A stretch of 64,000 bases of DNA from the human T2T-CHM13v2.0 reference genome, Homo sapiens. Location of the stretch: NCBI RefSeq assembly GCF_009914755.1, contig NC_060941.1; one strand, given 5' to 3'. A program made the position numbers and the translations under genes. Positions 31,120 to 44,737 of the stretch are shown in pieces (within the stretch, counting starts at the first letter, position 1; every line of letters starts with the position of its first letter). The notes beneath the pieces were generated by a model. That model searched no databases. It worked only from the letters and a program-made list of their open reading frames with translations, and was not told where the DNA came from.

Positions 31120-32697
31120 GAGAACCTGGGTGAGGACAGCTCCTGCAGACGGCTGCGGGGACTTCCCCACCAGGTGACGCAGCCTCGCCGGGTTTTGGCA
31201 TCTTGTCCTTAGCAGCCCGGGTGTGTTGGGTGTCTCGGGGCGGGGGGACGAGCCTGATCCTCCTCATCCACTGACATCAGCTTAGGGACCCCAGGGGGTT
31301 CACGTGACAGGAAAGCAGTCAGGGCTCCAGAAGAAAGCGGGGGCCTCTGTGGCCGTGGGTGGCACGCGAGGTTTGGGGGGCCTCTGACACCGGCCTCCTC
31401 GACGGCCCCTTGTCTCCTGGGCTTTCCTAGGGGTCTCTGGTCTGAAAATGTTGGCCCATCGTAGGAAGGTAAAATGTAGAAGCAGCCATGATGTCTGTAT
31501 TTGGTTCATCTTCATTTTTCACATTTTAAAAAGTTCTCATTTAATCAGGGAGAACAGGCTCCCCAGGGCGCCCTATGCCTCTCTTTTTACATCCTCAGAG
31601 GAAGCCGTGGCCCCGCCTTAGCACCGGGAAAGGTGGAAACCCAGTTTTTCCCAAAAGCACAAGACAGCATTTCTGGAAATGTTGCAAAGGAGCTGAAGTG
31701 TCAGGGACACGTCACCGCATGAGGAGGCGGCCAAGGTGCCGGTGGGCATAAGGGAGAGGAGCGCGGACGCGGGAGGCCCCAGCATGCAGGAGTGAGGATG
31801 ATGCCCCCAATGGGGAAGCTCGTGGCCCTCCTGCCAACCCCCCAGCCCCACCCCGTGACCTTGGACCTTAGACCCCCTGGGGAGCTGGGATCTTGCCGAG
31901 AGTCTCAACCCCATCACGGCAGGCCTGGGACCATCGCGGCTCCCACACCCACACATGACCCTAGTTGGGGTCTTGAGACTCCGGGGGCCCTGAGTACCCG
32001 TAGGGGCCGAGACGCAAGCCTCGGACGGCGGCCTGCTTTCCAACTTAACGCTGCGGCACGCGGCAGGCAGGTGGCCGAGACCTCTGTGTCCTCACAGTTC
32101 TAAGGAGGGAACTGTCTGCCCGGATCTAAGGAAGGAATTCTACATGCACAGTTTCACCCCGATTTGCCTCACCCCTGCCACGGCTCCAACGCAGCCACGC
32201 GGCACCCCCAGACCCGGGCCCACGTGGCCGCTCCTCACAGTGACACGGGAGAGGGAGGCGGACCCCGCAGCACTGGGCGCGTCCTCACTGGGTGCTGCGA
32301 TTCCCTGGCCGTGCCTCTGCCACCCTCCACGGCAGCTGCGCCCCCCAGGCCTGTGGTCCCCGCCGGACCCCACTCATGAGACTCCCGTCGGGTTAAAGGG
32401 AGCACAGGGTTTCAGAAGGACCCGGCGCGTGGTCATTTTACCTCTGGGAACTAGGGAAGGACGTTCGGCCTTCACCCTGGCGCTCCCTGGCGCCCTTGGG
32501 AAATGCCCCTTCGTGGACGCCGAATCCCCGCCACCCTCGGGATGTGCTGTTGCCCCGTGTCCCACCAGACCCTGGGTCTCAAGGCAGAGCCTGACCACAG
32601 CCTCTGGGGTCGGCCCCACCAACCCCGGCCCCGACCTCGGGCGCCTCCCGTGTTCCTGGCCTCTCAGGCGTCCCGGGGCCGGGCGGGGCTGACTCAC

Positions 32698-32822
32698 TCG
32701 AGGACGCAGTGCGTGGCCGCCTGTGGGTGGTGGCGATACAGCAGGAGACTCTGGTCCACGCGGATGACGCCGCCGCCCTTCCTGAGGTGCTCGTAGAAGA
32801 ACAGCAGGTCCTCCGGGACGCC
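32698..32822 (-). CDS. B3GNTL1: QTGAL/B3GNTL1 coding exon ([42 protein letters not shown])
   Basis: cttctcccgccctgcAG acceptor, GTgagt donor; contains the GT-A xED motif (PED) and C-terminal His motif (YRHH). Confidence 0.95.
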
Positions 32823-34080
32823 CTGCAGGGCGGGAGAAGCAGAGGCATCACTGGGGCCCCAGAAACGCGTGCCTGCCCCGGATGCACACTACACCTGCGC
32901 TCAGCCGGCCAACCAGGAACCGGTGGAAAAGGCTTTTGTTGCAAAGAAACCGGTCTAGAGGCTCAACAGGGACGTGGGGCGGCGACCACAACAGACGTGA
33001 GCAACCGAGCTTCTCCACAGGCGGGAAAGAGGGGAAGGGAGGGTGGGCTGGGTCTTGGTTCTGCCCCAAATTCCATTTTGAGCAGTAAAGGTCTCAGGGC
33101 AAAGAGGAAGACAGGCAGCCGAGGAAAGGGGCTGGGGTGGGTCAGGGTCTCACAGCCACGGCTCCTGGATGGCTGGTCCGGCCTCCGTCCCCATCCTTTC
33201 CTGCCAGTGGCTGCAGCCCCAGAAGCTCAAGGGACTCAAAGTGCCGACTGTGGGCAGAGGACAGTGGTGCTGGGTGGGCGTGTGGGGCTGCGGGCAGGGG
33301 AGCCCAGCAGTGGGGAGGCAGCCCCGGGCCTGTGCCAGCCCTGCTCACTTGTCCAAGCTCAGAAACTTGAACCTCAGCCCACGGGGCTTATCCCCGAACA
33401 CTCCCTCCATGTCAGTGGGACTCTGCTCCAGAACATTCTGCAGGCATTCCCACCAGACTTTTCTGTCCTGTGAGAACCTGGGCCCTGCTTTCCCCGGCCC
33501 ATGATCCCAGTGGCCCCTGCCCTCTGCTTGCTCCTCTCCTGGGTGACCCCAATCCTCAGCCCAGGGCTCTGGGCCTTGTGTGGAGCCGGGCCCCTGTCGC
33601 TTTCTTAAATTCAAACAAAACTGAGGGAGGAGCAGGGCGTGGAGTCTGGTCTCCTCGTGGTTCTCTGCGGCAGCTCACCTGGGTCAGCCGCCCGGAGACA
33701 CCTTTGCTCCAGGAAAGGGCAGGTTTTCTGAGAGCCTAGCAGCAGGGCCAGTCTATCACCAAGTCCAGCCTCTTCTCTCCTTGGCTGGTACACAAACTTC
33801 AAGTGCAGGTCAGTAAAGTCCCCAAACTATCACGGCCCAACCGCTGGCCTGTTTGCTCCCAGGACAGACAGGCAGTGCTATGGTTCCACGTCCAAAAAAA
33901 AGGCACTGTTTAACCTCCGCCTCTCCAGGGCGATCCCTTTTACAAAAACCACGATGACATGGAAAGATTTGTAAGAAGATGCTGAGTCAAAGAACAGACC
34001 TCAAAATCATGTGTCAGCCCTGCTAAAAGTTTATCCACCATAAGATAAAGACAAAGGAATCACAGAAGCCCACATGCTGT

Positions 34081-34299
34081 CTCACACGGGTGATTTAGGG
34101 TGGAGGGTCCCGCGGGTGCTGGTGGACACGGACCCTCACACGGGTGATTTAGGGTGGAGGCTCCCGCGGGTGCTGGTGGACACGGACCCTCACACGGGTG
34201 ATTTAGGGTGGAGGTTCCTGTGGGTGCTGGTGGGCACGGACCCTCACACGGGTGATTTAGGGTGGAGGCTCCCGCGGGTGCTGGTGGACACGGACCCTC
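34081..34299 (+). repeat. 54-bp minisatellite x4
   Basis: ctcacacgggtgatttagggtggaggctcccgcgggtgctggtggacacggacc units. Confidence 0.95.
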
Positions 34300-35616
34300 G
34301 CAGGGGTCACTGAGGTATTTTCTTTAATTTTCTGTGTCTTCAAAGGCAGCTCTAAAGAGCACTGGAACTCTCAACATGTTACAGGTTTAAGAAGAGAAAA
34401 AAGGTTTCTCTCTTCCTATCACCAGAAGAGCCCGACCCTTGGGGTTTTCTTATTTTCTGGCAGTAAAGTGAGAATTTAGTCAACAGCCGCTCCCGGGTGG
34501 TGCCTCTGCCCTGGGAGGAGGGGGACGCAGAGGATCTGTCCCATTTTTCTCCCCTCCCCTGATTGCTGCTGCTGAGACCTGAGAGGCCCGAAATGGCCTC
34601 ACTCCTCCCCCAGGCTTTTCCCAATCAGCCTCCAGGTGCCTGGACTGCCCTGTGGTGTGGAGGACCCCTGGCGGGGCGCAGGGAGAGGGGGAGGGGTCAC
34701 AACCCAGAAAGGCATCAGGGAAGAAGCCGAGTGGAGGAAGTGTGGCCGCCGCCCAGCCCCAATCTGCTCACAGAACCATCCTCGGGCAGCCTTGGGGGAT
34801 GGAGCACCCAGAACTGCCTGGAGGAGAAAAGCGTGAGCTAAAGCCACTCCCAGGAAGGCCGGGCCAGAGGCTGTGGAGACTCGGATCCTGAGGCAAAAGG
34901 AAGCCGAGTCAGGGACGCGCTTCCTTCCCCAGGGCTCGTCCCCAGCGCCACCCGCCCTTCTCTAGAGCCCCATCCCCAGCGCGAACCTCCAGGAGGAAGC
35001 AGCAGTCACCACGCGGGGACAGAAGGGGGAGAGCTCGAGCCAGGGCCCAGCGATTGGAGTCCGCGGAACGCAGGGACATGAAGTCCAGCAGAGAAAACTA
35101 AAAACTGGCAACACTTCCATGGATAAAAATTCAGCCTCTCCCTCTACAATAGCAACAAACCCCAAACCAGGAAACAGAGACCCCTGTAAATAACCCACCA
35201 AGATAAATTCCACACCCTCCACCAGTGTTTCAGGCTACAGGGTGGGATATGCGGGGAGGTGGCGGAGACCCATCTTGAATCAGAAATTCAAGGACTAAGT
35301 GCAAAACTGGACCCTAATGGGGTGGGTCTAGAGCATTGAAGAAAGTGCATTAGTGCTTGGCTAGGGCTGGCAGGTGGCTGTTAGATGAGGTGCGCCCCTG
35401 GGTGCAGGAAGTGTTTTTTGGGGGATGACAACTTCCTAACATTAGATGGTAGTGGTGACTGGTGATTGTACAGCCCTATAAATTTGCTAAAAAAAAATTG
35501 AATTGCACATTTTAATAGGTGAATTGTATGGCATGTGAATTATACCTCAATAAAGCTTTTATATAAAATTGGATCGATTTAACTAAAAAAAGAAATTTTA
35601 AGAAGAGACAAAATTG

Positions 35617-35916
35617 GTTGGGTGTGGTGGCTCATGCCTTTAATCTCAGCACTTTGGAAGGCTGAGGTGGGGGGGGTGGATTGCTTGAGCCCAGGAGTTC
35701 GAGACCAGCCTGGGCAACATGTCGAAACCAGTCTCTACCAAAAATAGGAAAAAAGTAGCTGGGCATGGTTGTGTGCACCTGTAGTCTCAGCTACTCAGGA
35801 GGCTGAGGTACAAGGATTGCTTGAACCTGGGAGGCAGAGGTTGTAGTGAGTGAGCCACTGCACTCCAGCCTCAGGAACAGAGTGAGACCCTGTCTCAAAA
35901 AAAAAAAAAAAAAAAA
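35617..35916 (+). mobile_element. Alu (AluJ-like)
   Basis: ggttgggtgtggtggctcatgcctttaatctcagcactttgg...gagaccctgtctc + A21. Confidence 0.93.
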
Positions 35917-36128
35917 GGAACAAAATATATGAAAAATGAAGACTAAATTACAAAATCCTTAAGAGAAAATGATTTTAATTAAAAATTTAATAAGGGACAC
36001 TGAAGAAAGGAAAATAGAAATTATATAATGAAAGAAGTGAAAAGGGTTAGAAAGACTAAGAAAATCTAACCAACATAGAATTGGAGTTTTTAAAACACAA
36101 AAAACAATAGACATAGCTAGTATTTAAA

Positions 36129-36932
36129 ACGGACGCCTACAGGTGCGTCCCATGGGGGATGGGGACACGGACGCCTGCAGGTGCACCCCCACGGGGGGAC
36201 GGGGACACGGACGCCTGCAGGTGCACCCCACGGGGAGGACGGAGACATGGATGCCTGCAGGTGCACCCCCACGGGGAGGACGGGGACACGGACGCCTACA
36301 GGTGCACCCCCACGGGGGGGACGGGGACACAGACGCCTGCAGGTGCACCCCCACGGGGGGACGGGGACACGGACGCCTGCAGGTGCACCCCCACGGGGGG
36401 GACGGGGACACGGACGCCTGCAGGTGCACCCCCACGGGGGGATGGGGACACGGACGCCTGCAGGTGCACCCCACGGGGAGGACGGGGACACGGACGCCTG
36501 CAGGTGCACCCCCACGGGGGGGACGGTGACACGGACGCCTGCAGGTGCACCCCCACGGGAGGACGGGGACACGGACGCCTGCAGGTGCACCCCCACAGGA
36601 GAACGGGGACATGGATGCCTGAACGTGCACTCCCACAGGGAGGACGGGGACATGGACACCTGCAGGTGCACACCCACAGGGAGGACGGGGACATGGACGC
36701 CTGCAGGTGCACCCCCATGGGGAGGACGGGGACACGGATGCCTGCAGGTGCACCCCCATGGGGAGGACGGGGACACAGACACCTGCAGGTGCACTCCCAC
36801 GGGGGGGATGGGGACACAGACGCCTGCAGGTGCACTCCCACGGGGGGGACGGGGACATGGACGCCTGCAGGTGCACCCCCATGGGGGGGACGGGGACACA
36901 GACGCCTGCAGGTGCACCCCCGGGGGGAGGAT
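36129..36932 (+). repeat. ~39-41-bp GC-rich minisatellite, ~20 copies
   Basis: acggacgcctgcaggtgcacccccacggggggacggggac units. Confidence 0.96.
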
Positions 36933-37291
36933 GGGCTCCCCTTCTCCCTCTGTTGTCCCAGAGACAGCTCTGCCAAAAGCTTCCGTGTCCTGCGCTTTCC
37001 CAGACACAGCTTTTAAACCAGGATGCAGTAACCTGGAGCCAGTGTAGGTCAGGTGCAGATGCCCAGGGCACCCACAGCCTTCATGCAGAAACCCCCTGCT
37101 TTCAGCAAAACAACTAAGATGCTGGCAGGTGCCAGGAGGGGGCACCGGGAGGACCCTCAGGCAGGGGTTTCCTAAATCTGCAGAGCCCCGGAGGCATGGC
37201 AAGGCGGAGGGTGGCCAGTGTGCAGAGCCCACACACAGAGACAGGGCCCCGAACCTGGGGGAGGGACCTGATTCCCGCCTTCGGCCCTTAC

Positions 37292-37387
37292 CTGACCTCC
37301 CTCGTTAAAGGGGCCCACGTGGGAGAACCACGCTCGCGAGCAGAACCAGGTGGGCATGATCACCGTGGGGCCATTTGAGGTGAAAAC
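37292..37387 (-). CDS. B3GNTL1: QTGAL/B3GNTL1 coding exon ([32 protein letters not shown])
   Basis: Minus-strand ttctAG acceptor and GTaagg donor; 96 nt, phase 0/0; matches the B3GNTL1 GT2 protein. Confidence 0.95.
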
Positions 37388-37491
37388 CTAGAAGCAATTA
37401 ACGTTGACAGAGTTAGCGGAAAAGAACAGCTTGTCACAAACAACCTGCAGTTTATTTCCACAAAGTGTCACGAGAAAGTGACAGATGAATC

Positions 37492-37611
37492 CGTGTCCCT
37501 TCTCCACAGGGTCAGGGCCTCAAGAGACTTCACCACGGGGCCGACGTGTCCCTTCTCCACAGGGACGGGGCTCAAGGGGCTTCATGACGTGGCTGACGTG
37601 TCCCTTCTCCA
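37492..37611 (+). repeat. ~52-bp tandem repeat x2.3
   Basis: cgtgtcccttctcca recurs at 37492, 37545 and 37597. Confidence 0.75.
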
Positions 37612-38035
<424 letters not shown>

Positions 38036-39304
38036 TAGGAGAGCCAGCACAATTTTGAAAACCATGAACAAAGTTGAAGTTTCATGACTGTATTTCAAGA
38101 TTTACTACAAAGCTATGGTGATCAAGGTTGATTGGTATCAGCTTATGGGCAGACAGACAAACGGAACAGAACAGAGACCAGAAGCAGAGCCGCCTGGCTG
38201 GGGTTTGATGTTTGCTGAAGACATCAGGGGCGTCAGTGGTGGAAATGAGAGATGGCGCTGGAACCACTGGTGTCCTTACAAACCATGGCCCTCAACCCTT
38301 GCCTCAGGCTCCAAACACAAAGCCCCAGCCTCAGACCGGACCTCAGTGAGCTGAACACAAAAGAGGCAACGAGCTCATCCAGGGAGAACATTCGTGATTA
38401 TGGGGTAGGCAAAGGTTTCTCAGGTAAGAAGAGGCACAAATCACAGCAGAAGACATGGATAAACCAGATGCCACCAAAGTCAAATATTTGGTTCTTTGAA
38501 AGATCCTGCAAAGAAAACGAAAAGATAATCCAGGCTGGGACAAAACATTTGCAATAAGTGCGTTTCACTGAGGATGTACGTTCGGCGAACACTAAGTACC
38601 CTCAGCACCCATTAATAAGAAGACAGGCAATGAGTTAAAGATGGGAGAAGGGCTGAAAACACTTCCTCAGACGTAAATTAGTCAGGTCGTGAAAACGTGC
38701 TCTATGTGACTAGTCATCAGGGAAATGAGTTTTCGGTAGGGAAGTCCACCTAACGGCCTCATCTGAACTTTGCATCTGCAAAGACCTTGTTTCCAAACAA
38801 CGCCCACATTCTGAGATTGGGGGTGAGGACACCAACATATCATTTTGGGGGGACACCATGGAGCCCACGACATTTTCACTTCTTGGGTGGCTGAAGTGAT
38901 GTTTTCCTATAACTGACACTGAGATTACGCCAGCATCTGTACGTTCCTGGAGGTGCTGTGTGTGTGAACACGCAGGTCAGGCAGAGACACAATGGCTGAG
39001 AACCATCGTGTAACACAGCCTCGTCTCACTGTGGATCCCTTTGAAGCCTAAAGACTTTCTGCTTGTCGTCCATCCTGAGGAAGGTCGCTGGTTAAGACAA
39101 GTCCTCATCAGCACAGTGGCCCTCACCTGGGGCTGATTTGTCCCCAGGAACATTTGTTTGGAGACATTCGGGGCTGTCACACTGCGGGGGTGGGGGTGCT
39201 ACGTGCATCTGGTTGCAGATTCCAGAGACAGAGAAATAAAATTCGAACTGCAATGAAATACCATTGCACCCTCTAGGACTGTTACAATTTTAAAAACTGA
39301 AAAT

Positions 39305-39610
39305 AAGGCACAGTGACTCACACCTGTAATCCCAGCACTTTGGGAGTCCGAGGCGGGAGAATCGCTTGAGCCCAGGACTCTGAGACCAGCCTGGGCAACT
39401 CTACAAATAATAATAATAATAATAAAGTAGCTGGGCATGGTGATGCTCCCCTGTAGGCCCAGCTACTCAGGAGGCTGAGGTGGGAGGATCCTTTGAGCTC
39501 CGGAAGTCAAGGGTGCAGTGAGCTGTGATCGCACCACAGCACTCACTCCAGCCTGGGCGACAGAGGGAGACCCTGTCTCTTAAAATATAAAAAGTAAAAA
39601 TAAAAATAAA
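39305..39610 (+). mobile_element. Alu (AluJ-like)
   Basis: Sense Alu with a (taa)n mid-linker. Confidence 0.9.
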
Positions 39611-40007
39611 CACTGACAGTACCAAGTAAAAATCTTACATAACGCTGAAGGGAAGGAAAAACAGTATAAACACTTTGCAGAGCAGGCAGGCTCTTAGAGA
39701 GTTAAACACAGACTTCCACGCAGCCAGCCGTTCCAGTCCTAGACATTTACCCAAGAAAAATGCAAACACACGTCCATCCGGCACCATCCATGTGTGTTCA
39801 CGGCAGCCCCAGCACCCGTCCCCGTGTGTTCACGGCAGTCCCAGCACCGTCCCCGTGTGTGTTCACGGCAGCTCCACGCACAGCAGCCCCAGACTGGAGG
39901 CCCCCAAATGTCCGTCAACAGTGAATGGATAAGCCCTGTGGTGCCCGTACCACGAGTCCAGTGGAGCCCTCACCAGCAACCAAGGGAACAAACTGCCGGT
40001 CAGGGCA

Positions 40008-40222
40008 GCACAGATGTCTGTCGGCAACAGGGAAGGGAGGCAGTCACCAGTGTGCACGGTGCACAGATGTCTGTCAGCAACAGGGAAGGGAGGCCAGTCA
40101 CCAGTGTGCACGGTGCACAGATGTCTGTCAGCAACAGGGAAGGGAGGCCAGTCACCAGTGTGCACGGTGCACAGATGTCTGTCGGCAACAGGGAAGGGAG
40201 GCAGTCACCAGTGTGCACAGTG
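40008..40222 (+). repeat. ~53-54-bp minisatellite x4 inside an L1M 3' end
   Basis: gcacagatgtctgtcggcaacagggaagggaggcagtcaccagtgtgcacggt units. Confidence 0.93.
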
Positions 40223-40358
40223 TGACCCCACTTACACAAAACCCTAAAAAGTGGGAACCTAACCTAACCTGCAGGGACAGACGTCGCATCTGTGGACGCC
40301 TAAGGCTGAGGGTGCCTGGGCCTGACTGCAAAGGCATAGCCTTAAAATTTGTCTTGTT

Positions 40359-41687
<1,329 letters not shown>

Positions 41688-42160
41688 TAACGCAGTTCTA
41701 TGGGATAACTTCGAGCAACCTACGTTTCGCACATCAAAGCTTTGGTGCTTCTGCGTCGTGACAGGTGGGTGCCTGTCACACAGGGTGCCCCCTGGGACAT
41801 CAGGAAGAGCCCCGAGGGGGTCCTGGAAGCCAGGCCAGCCAAGGCCACAGCACCTGGTGCCAGTTCCAGGCAGGGGGCTTGGCACATCCGTGAATACCCC
41901 ACGGGCCCCGAGGCCCCCTGAGAGGCTGCAGTTTCCAGCAAATGTGAAACATCTGCCCGGACAAATACAGCCTTCCCTCAACCCTCAGAAAAACGGATTT
42001 CACGATTACAAAGCAACCATTTAGCTTCCTGTTCTCAACTTTTGCTTGCTGAAAAATCCAGAGGCATTTTCTGGCAGGTTGACTCTGCAGCCAGACACCT
42101 GGAGCTTCTGCCGTTTGCACGGTGGTGAGGACGACCTGAGAAAACAAACACAGGTCCTCC

Positions 42161-42465
42161 CCACCCAGCGTGGCCGCGACCTCCCCACCCGGCGTGGCCG
42201 CGACCTCCCCACCCGGCGTGGCCGCGACCTCCCCACCCGGCGTGGCCGCGACCTCCGCACCCGGCGTGGCCGCGACCTCCCCACCCGGCGTGGCCGCGAC
42301 CTCCCCACCCGGCGTGGCCGCGACCTCCGCACCCGGCGTGGCCGCGACCTCCGCACCCGGCGTGGCCGCGACCTCCGCACCCGGCGTGGCCGCGACCTCC
42401 CCACCCGGCGTGGCCGCGACCTCCGCACCCGGTGTGGCCGCGACCTCCGCACCCAGCGTGGCCGT
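42161..42465 (+). repeat. 24-bp CpG-dense minisatellite, ~12.5 copies
   Basis: cccggcgtggccgcgacctcc(c/g)ca units. Confidence 0.97.
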
Positions 42466-43351
42466 GATGCGAGGCCTCTGCACACGGTGGCTGTGCCCTG
42501 GTCACGTGGCCGAAGCCCTGGAGCTGTGGCAGGTCCTCCGTGGGCTGTGAGTGTGAAATACACATGACATTCTGGAGACTTGGTATAGGAAAAAGAATGT
42601 AAAATGTCACTGATAGGACATTTGGCTCATGCTTCTGGTTGGGGTATGTCCAAGACCGGGCAGCTGCCTTTGCGGGGGGCCTCAGGCTGCTTTAACCCGG
42701 GTGGAGAGCGGAAGGCAGTGGTGTACGCAGAGAGCATGTGGCAAGGGAGGACGCAGGAGAGAAACCGAGGCAGCCGGGTCCGTTCCACAGGTCGGCGTCG
42801 TGGGGCGCAGTGCGTTCCTGCGAGGGCTCACTCAGCGCTGTGGGAGGCATTCATCTGTGCACAAGGGGTCCCCTCGAGACCCCAGCACCTCCCACACAGC
42901 CACGCTGGGGGTCAAATTTCAACGTTTCACGGGGACAAACCACATCCAAACCACGGCAATTATATCCAGGCCGGTCTGTGCTCACGGGACGTTTCTATCG
43001 GACAGAATTACGCATCTGTCTGCAAAACAGCTCAATCCATTCTTTAGTGACAACGATCCAGAAACAAGAGCATAAGGACGCGCACAGACACCGTGAGGAC
43101 GGAGCAGGGACACGGGCTCCGCCAGCTCCAGGGAGGGGCTCAGTCAGCACAGAGCACTAGGGGCTGCACCTGAACTGCCAGGCGCCCGGCGAGTCCTCCA
43201 AGCATGGGCAAGCGCTGGGGTGGGGGCAGCTCCGTGGCAGCGACTGGGGCCAGCCACGCGCCGTCTCCTCCCTGGGGCCTCCGAGTGGGAAACCAAGGCG
43301 AGGACCAGCAGAAAGAAAGGCTGGGAAGGAGGCGTGGGGGCTACTGTGCCA

Positions 43352-44737
43352 ACCACACCACACTCATAGGGGCCAGAAGGACCCGGTACTGACCACACCA
43401 CACCACAGGGGCCAGAAGGACCTGGTGCCGACCACACCACACCACAGGGGCCAGAAGGACCTGGTGCCCACCACACCACACCACAGGGGCCAGAAGGACC
43501 TGGTGCCGACCACACCACACCACAGGGGCCAGAAGGACCTGGTGCCGACCACACCACACCACAGGGGCCAGAAGGACCTGGTGCCCACCACACCACACCA
43601 CAGGGGCCAGAAGGACCTGGTGCCGACCACACCACACCACAGGGGCCAGAAGGACCTGGTGCCGACCACATCACACCACAGGGGCCAGAAGGACCTGGTG
43701 CCGACCACACCACACCACAGGGGCCAGAAGGACCTGGTGCCGACCACACCACACCACAGGGGCCAGAAGGACCTGGTGCCGACCACACCACACCACAGGG
43801 GCTAGAAGGACCTGGTGCCGACCACACCACACCACAGGGGCTAGAAGGACCTGGTGCCGACACACCACACCATGGGCCAGAAGGACCTGGTGCCGACCAC
43901 ACCACACCACAGGGGATAGAAGGACCTGGTACTGACCACACCACACCACGGGCCAGAAGGACCTGGTGCCGACACACCACACCATGGGCCAGAAGGACCT
44001 GGTGCCGACCACACCACACTCATAGGGGCCAGAAGGACCCGGTACTGACCACACCACACCACAGGGGCCAGAAGGACCTGGTACTGACCACACCACACCA
44101 CAGGGGCCAGAAGGACCTGGTACTGACCACACCACACCACAGGGGATAGAAGGACCCAGTACTGACCACACCACACCACAGGGGCTAGAAGGACCTGGTG
44201 CCGACCACAGCACACCACAGGGGCTAGAAGGACCTGGTGCTGACCACACCACACCACAGGGGCTAGAAGGACCTGGTGCCGACACACCACACCATGGGCC
44301 AGAAGGACCTGGTGCCGACCACACCACACCACAGGGGATAGAAGGACCTGGTACTGACCACACCACACCACGGGCCAGAAGGACCTGGTGCCGACACACC
44401 ACACCATGGGCCAGAAGGACCTGGTGCCCACCACACCACACTCATAGGGGCCAGAAGGACCCGGTACTGACCACACCACACCACAGGGGCCAGAAGGACC
44501 TGGTACTGACCACACCACACCACAGGGGATAGAAGGACCCAGTACTGACCACACCACACCACAGGGGCTAGAAGGACCTGGTGCCGACCACAGCACACCA
44601 CAGGGGCTAGAAGGACCTGGTGCCGACCACACCACACTCATAGGGGCCAGAAGGACCCGGTACTGACCACACCACACCACAGGGGCCAGAAGGACCCGGT
44701 ACTGACCACACCACACTCATAGGGGCCAGAAGGACCT
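43352..44737 (+). repeat. ~39-bp minisatellite, ~35 copies, with a higher-order duplication
   Basis: accacaccacaccacaggggccagaaggacctggtgccg units. Confidence 0.97.

Noticed and set aside
30307-31267. His/Thr- or Cys/Val-rich ORFs
   Set aside because: Translations of a GT/CA-rich repeat
36129-36932. CRISPR-like array of palindromic ~40-bp repeats
   Set aside because: Units are head-to-tail with no unique spacers, there are no cas genes, and the context is a human intron; it is a minisatellite
41800-44716. Repetitive ORFs (EVAATPGG, PTTPHHRGQKDLV, SAPGPSGPCGVVW)
   Set aside because: Artefacts of 24- and 39-bp (3n) minisatellite units
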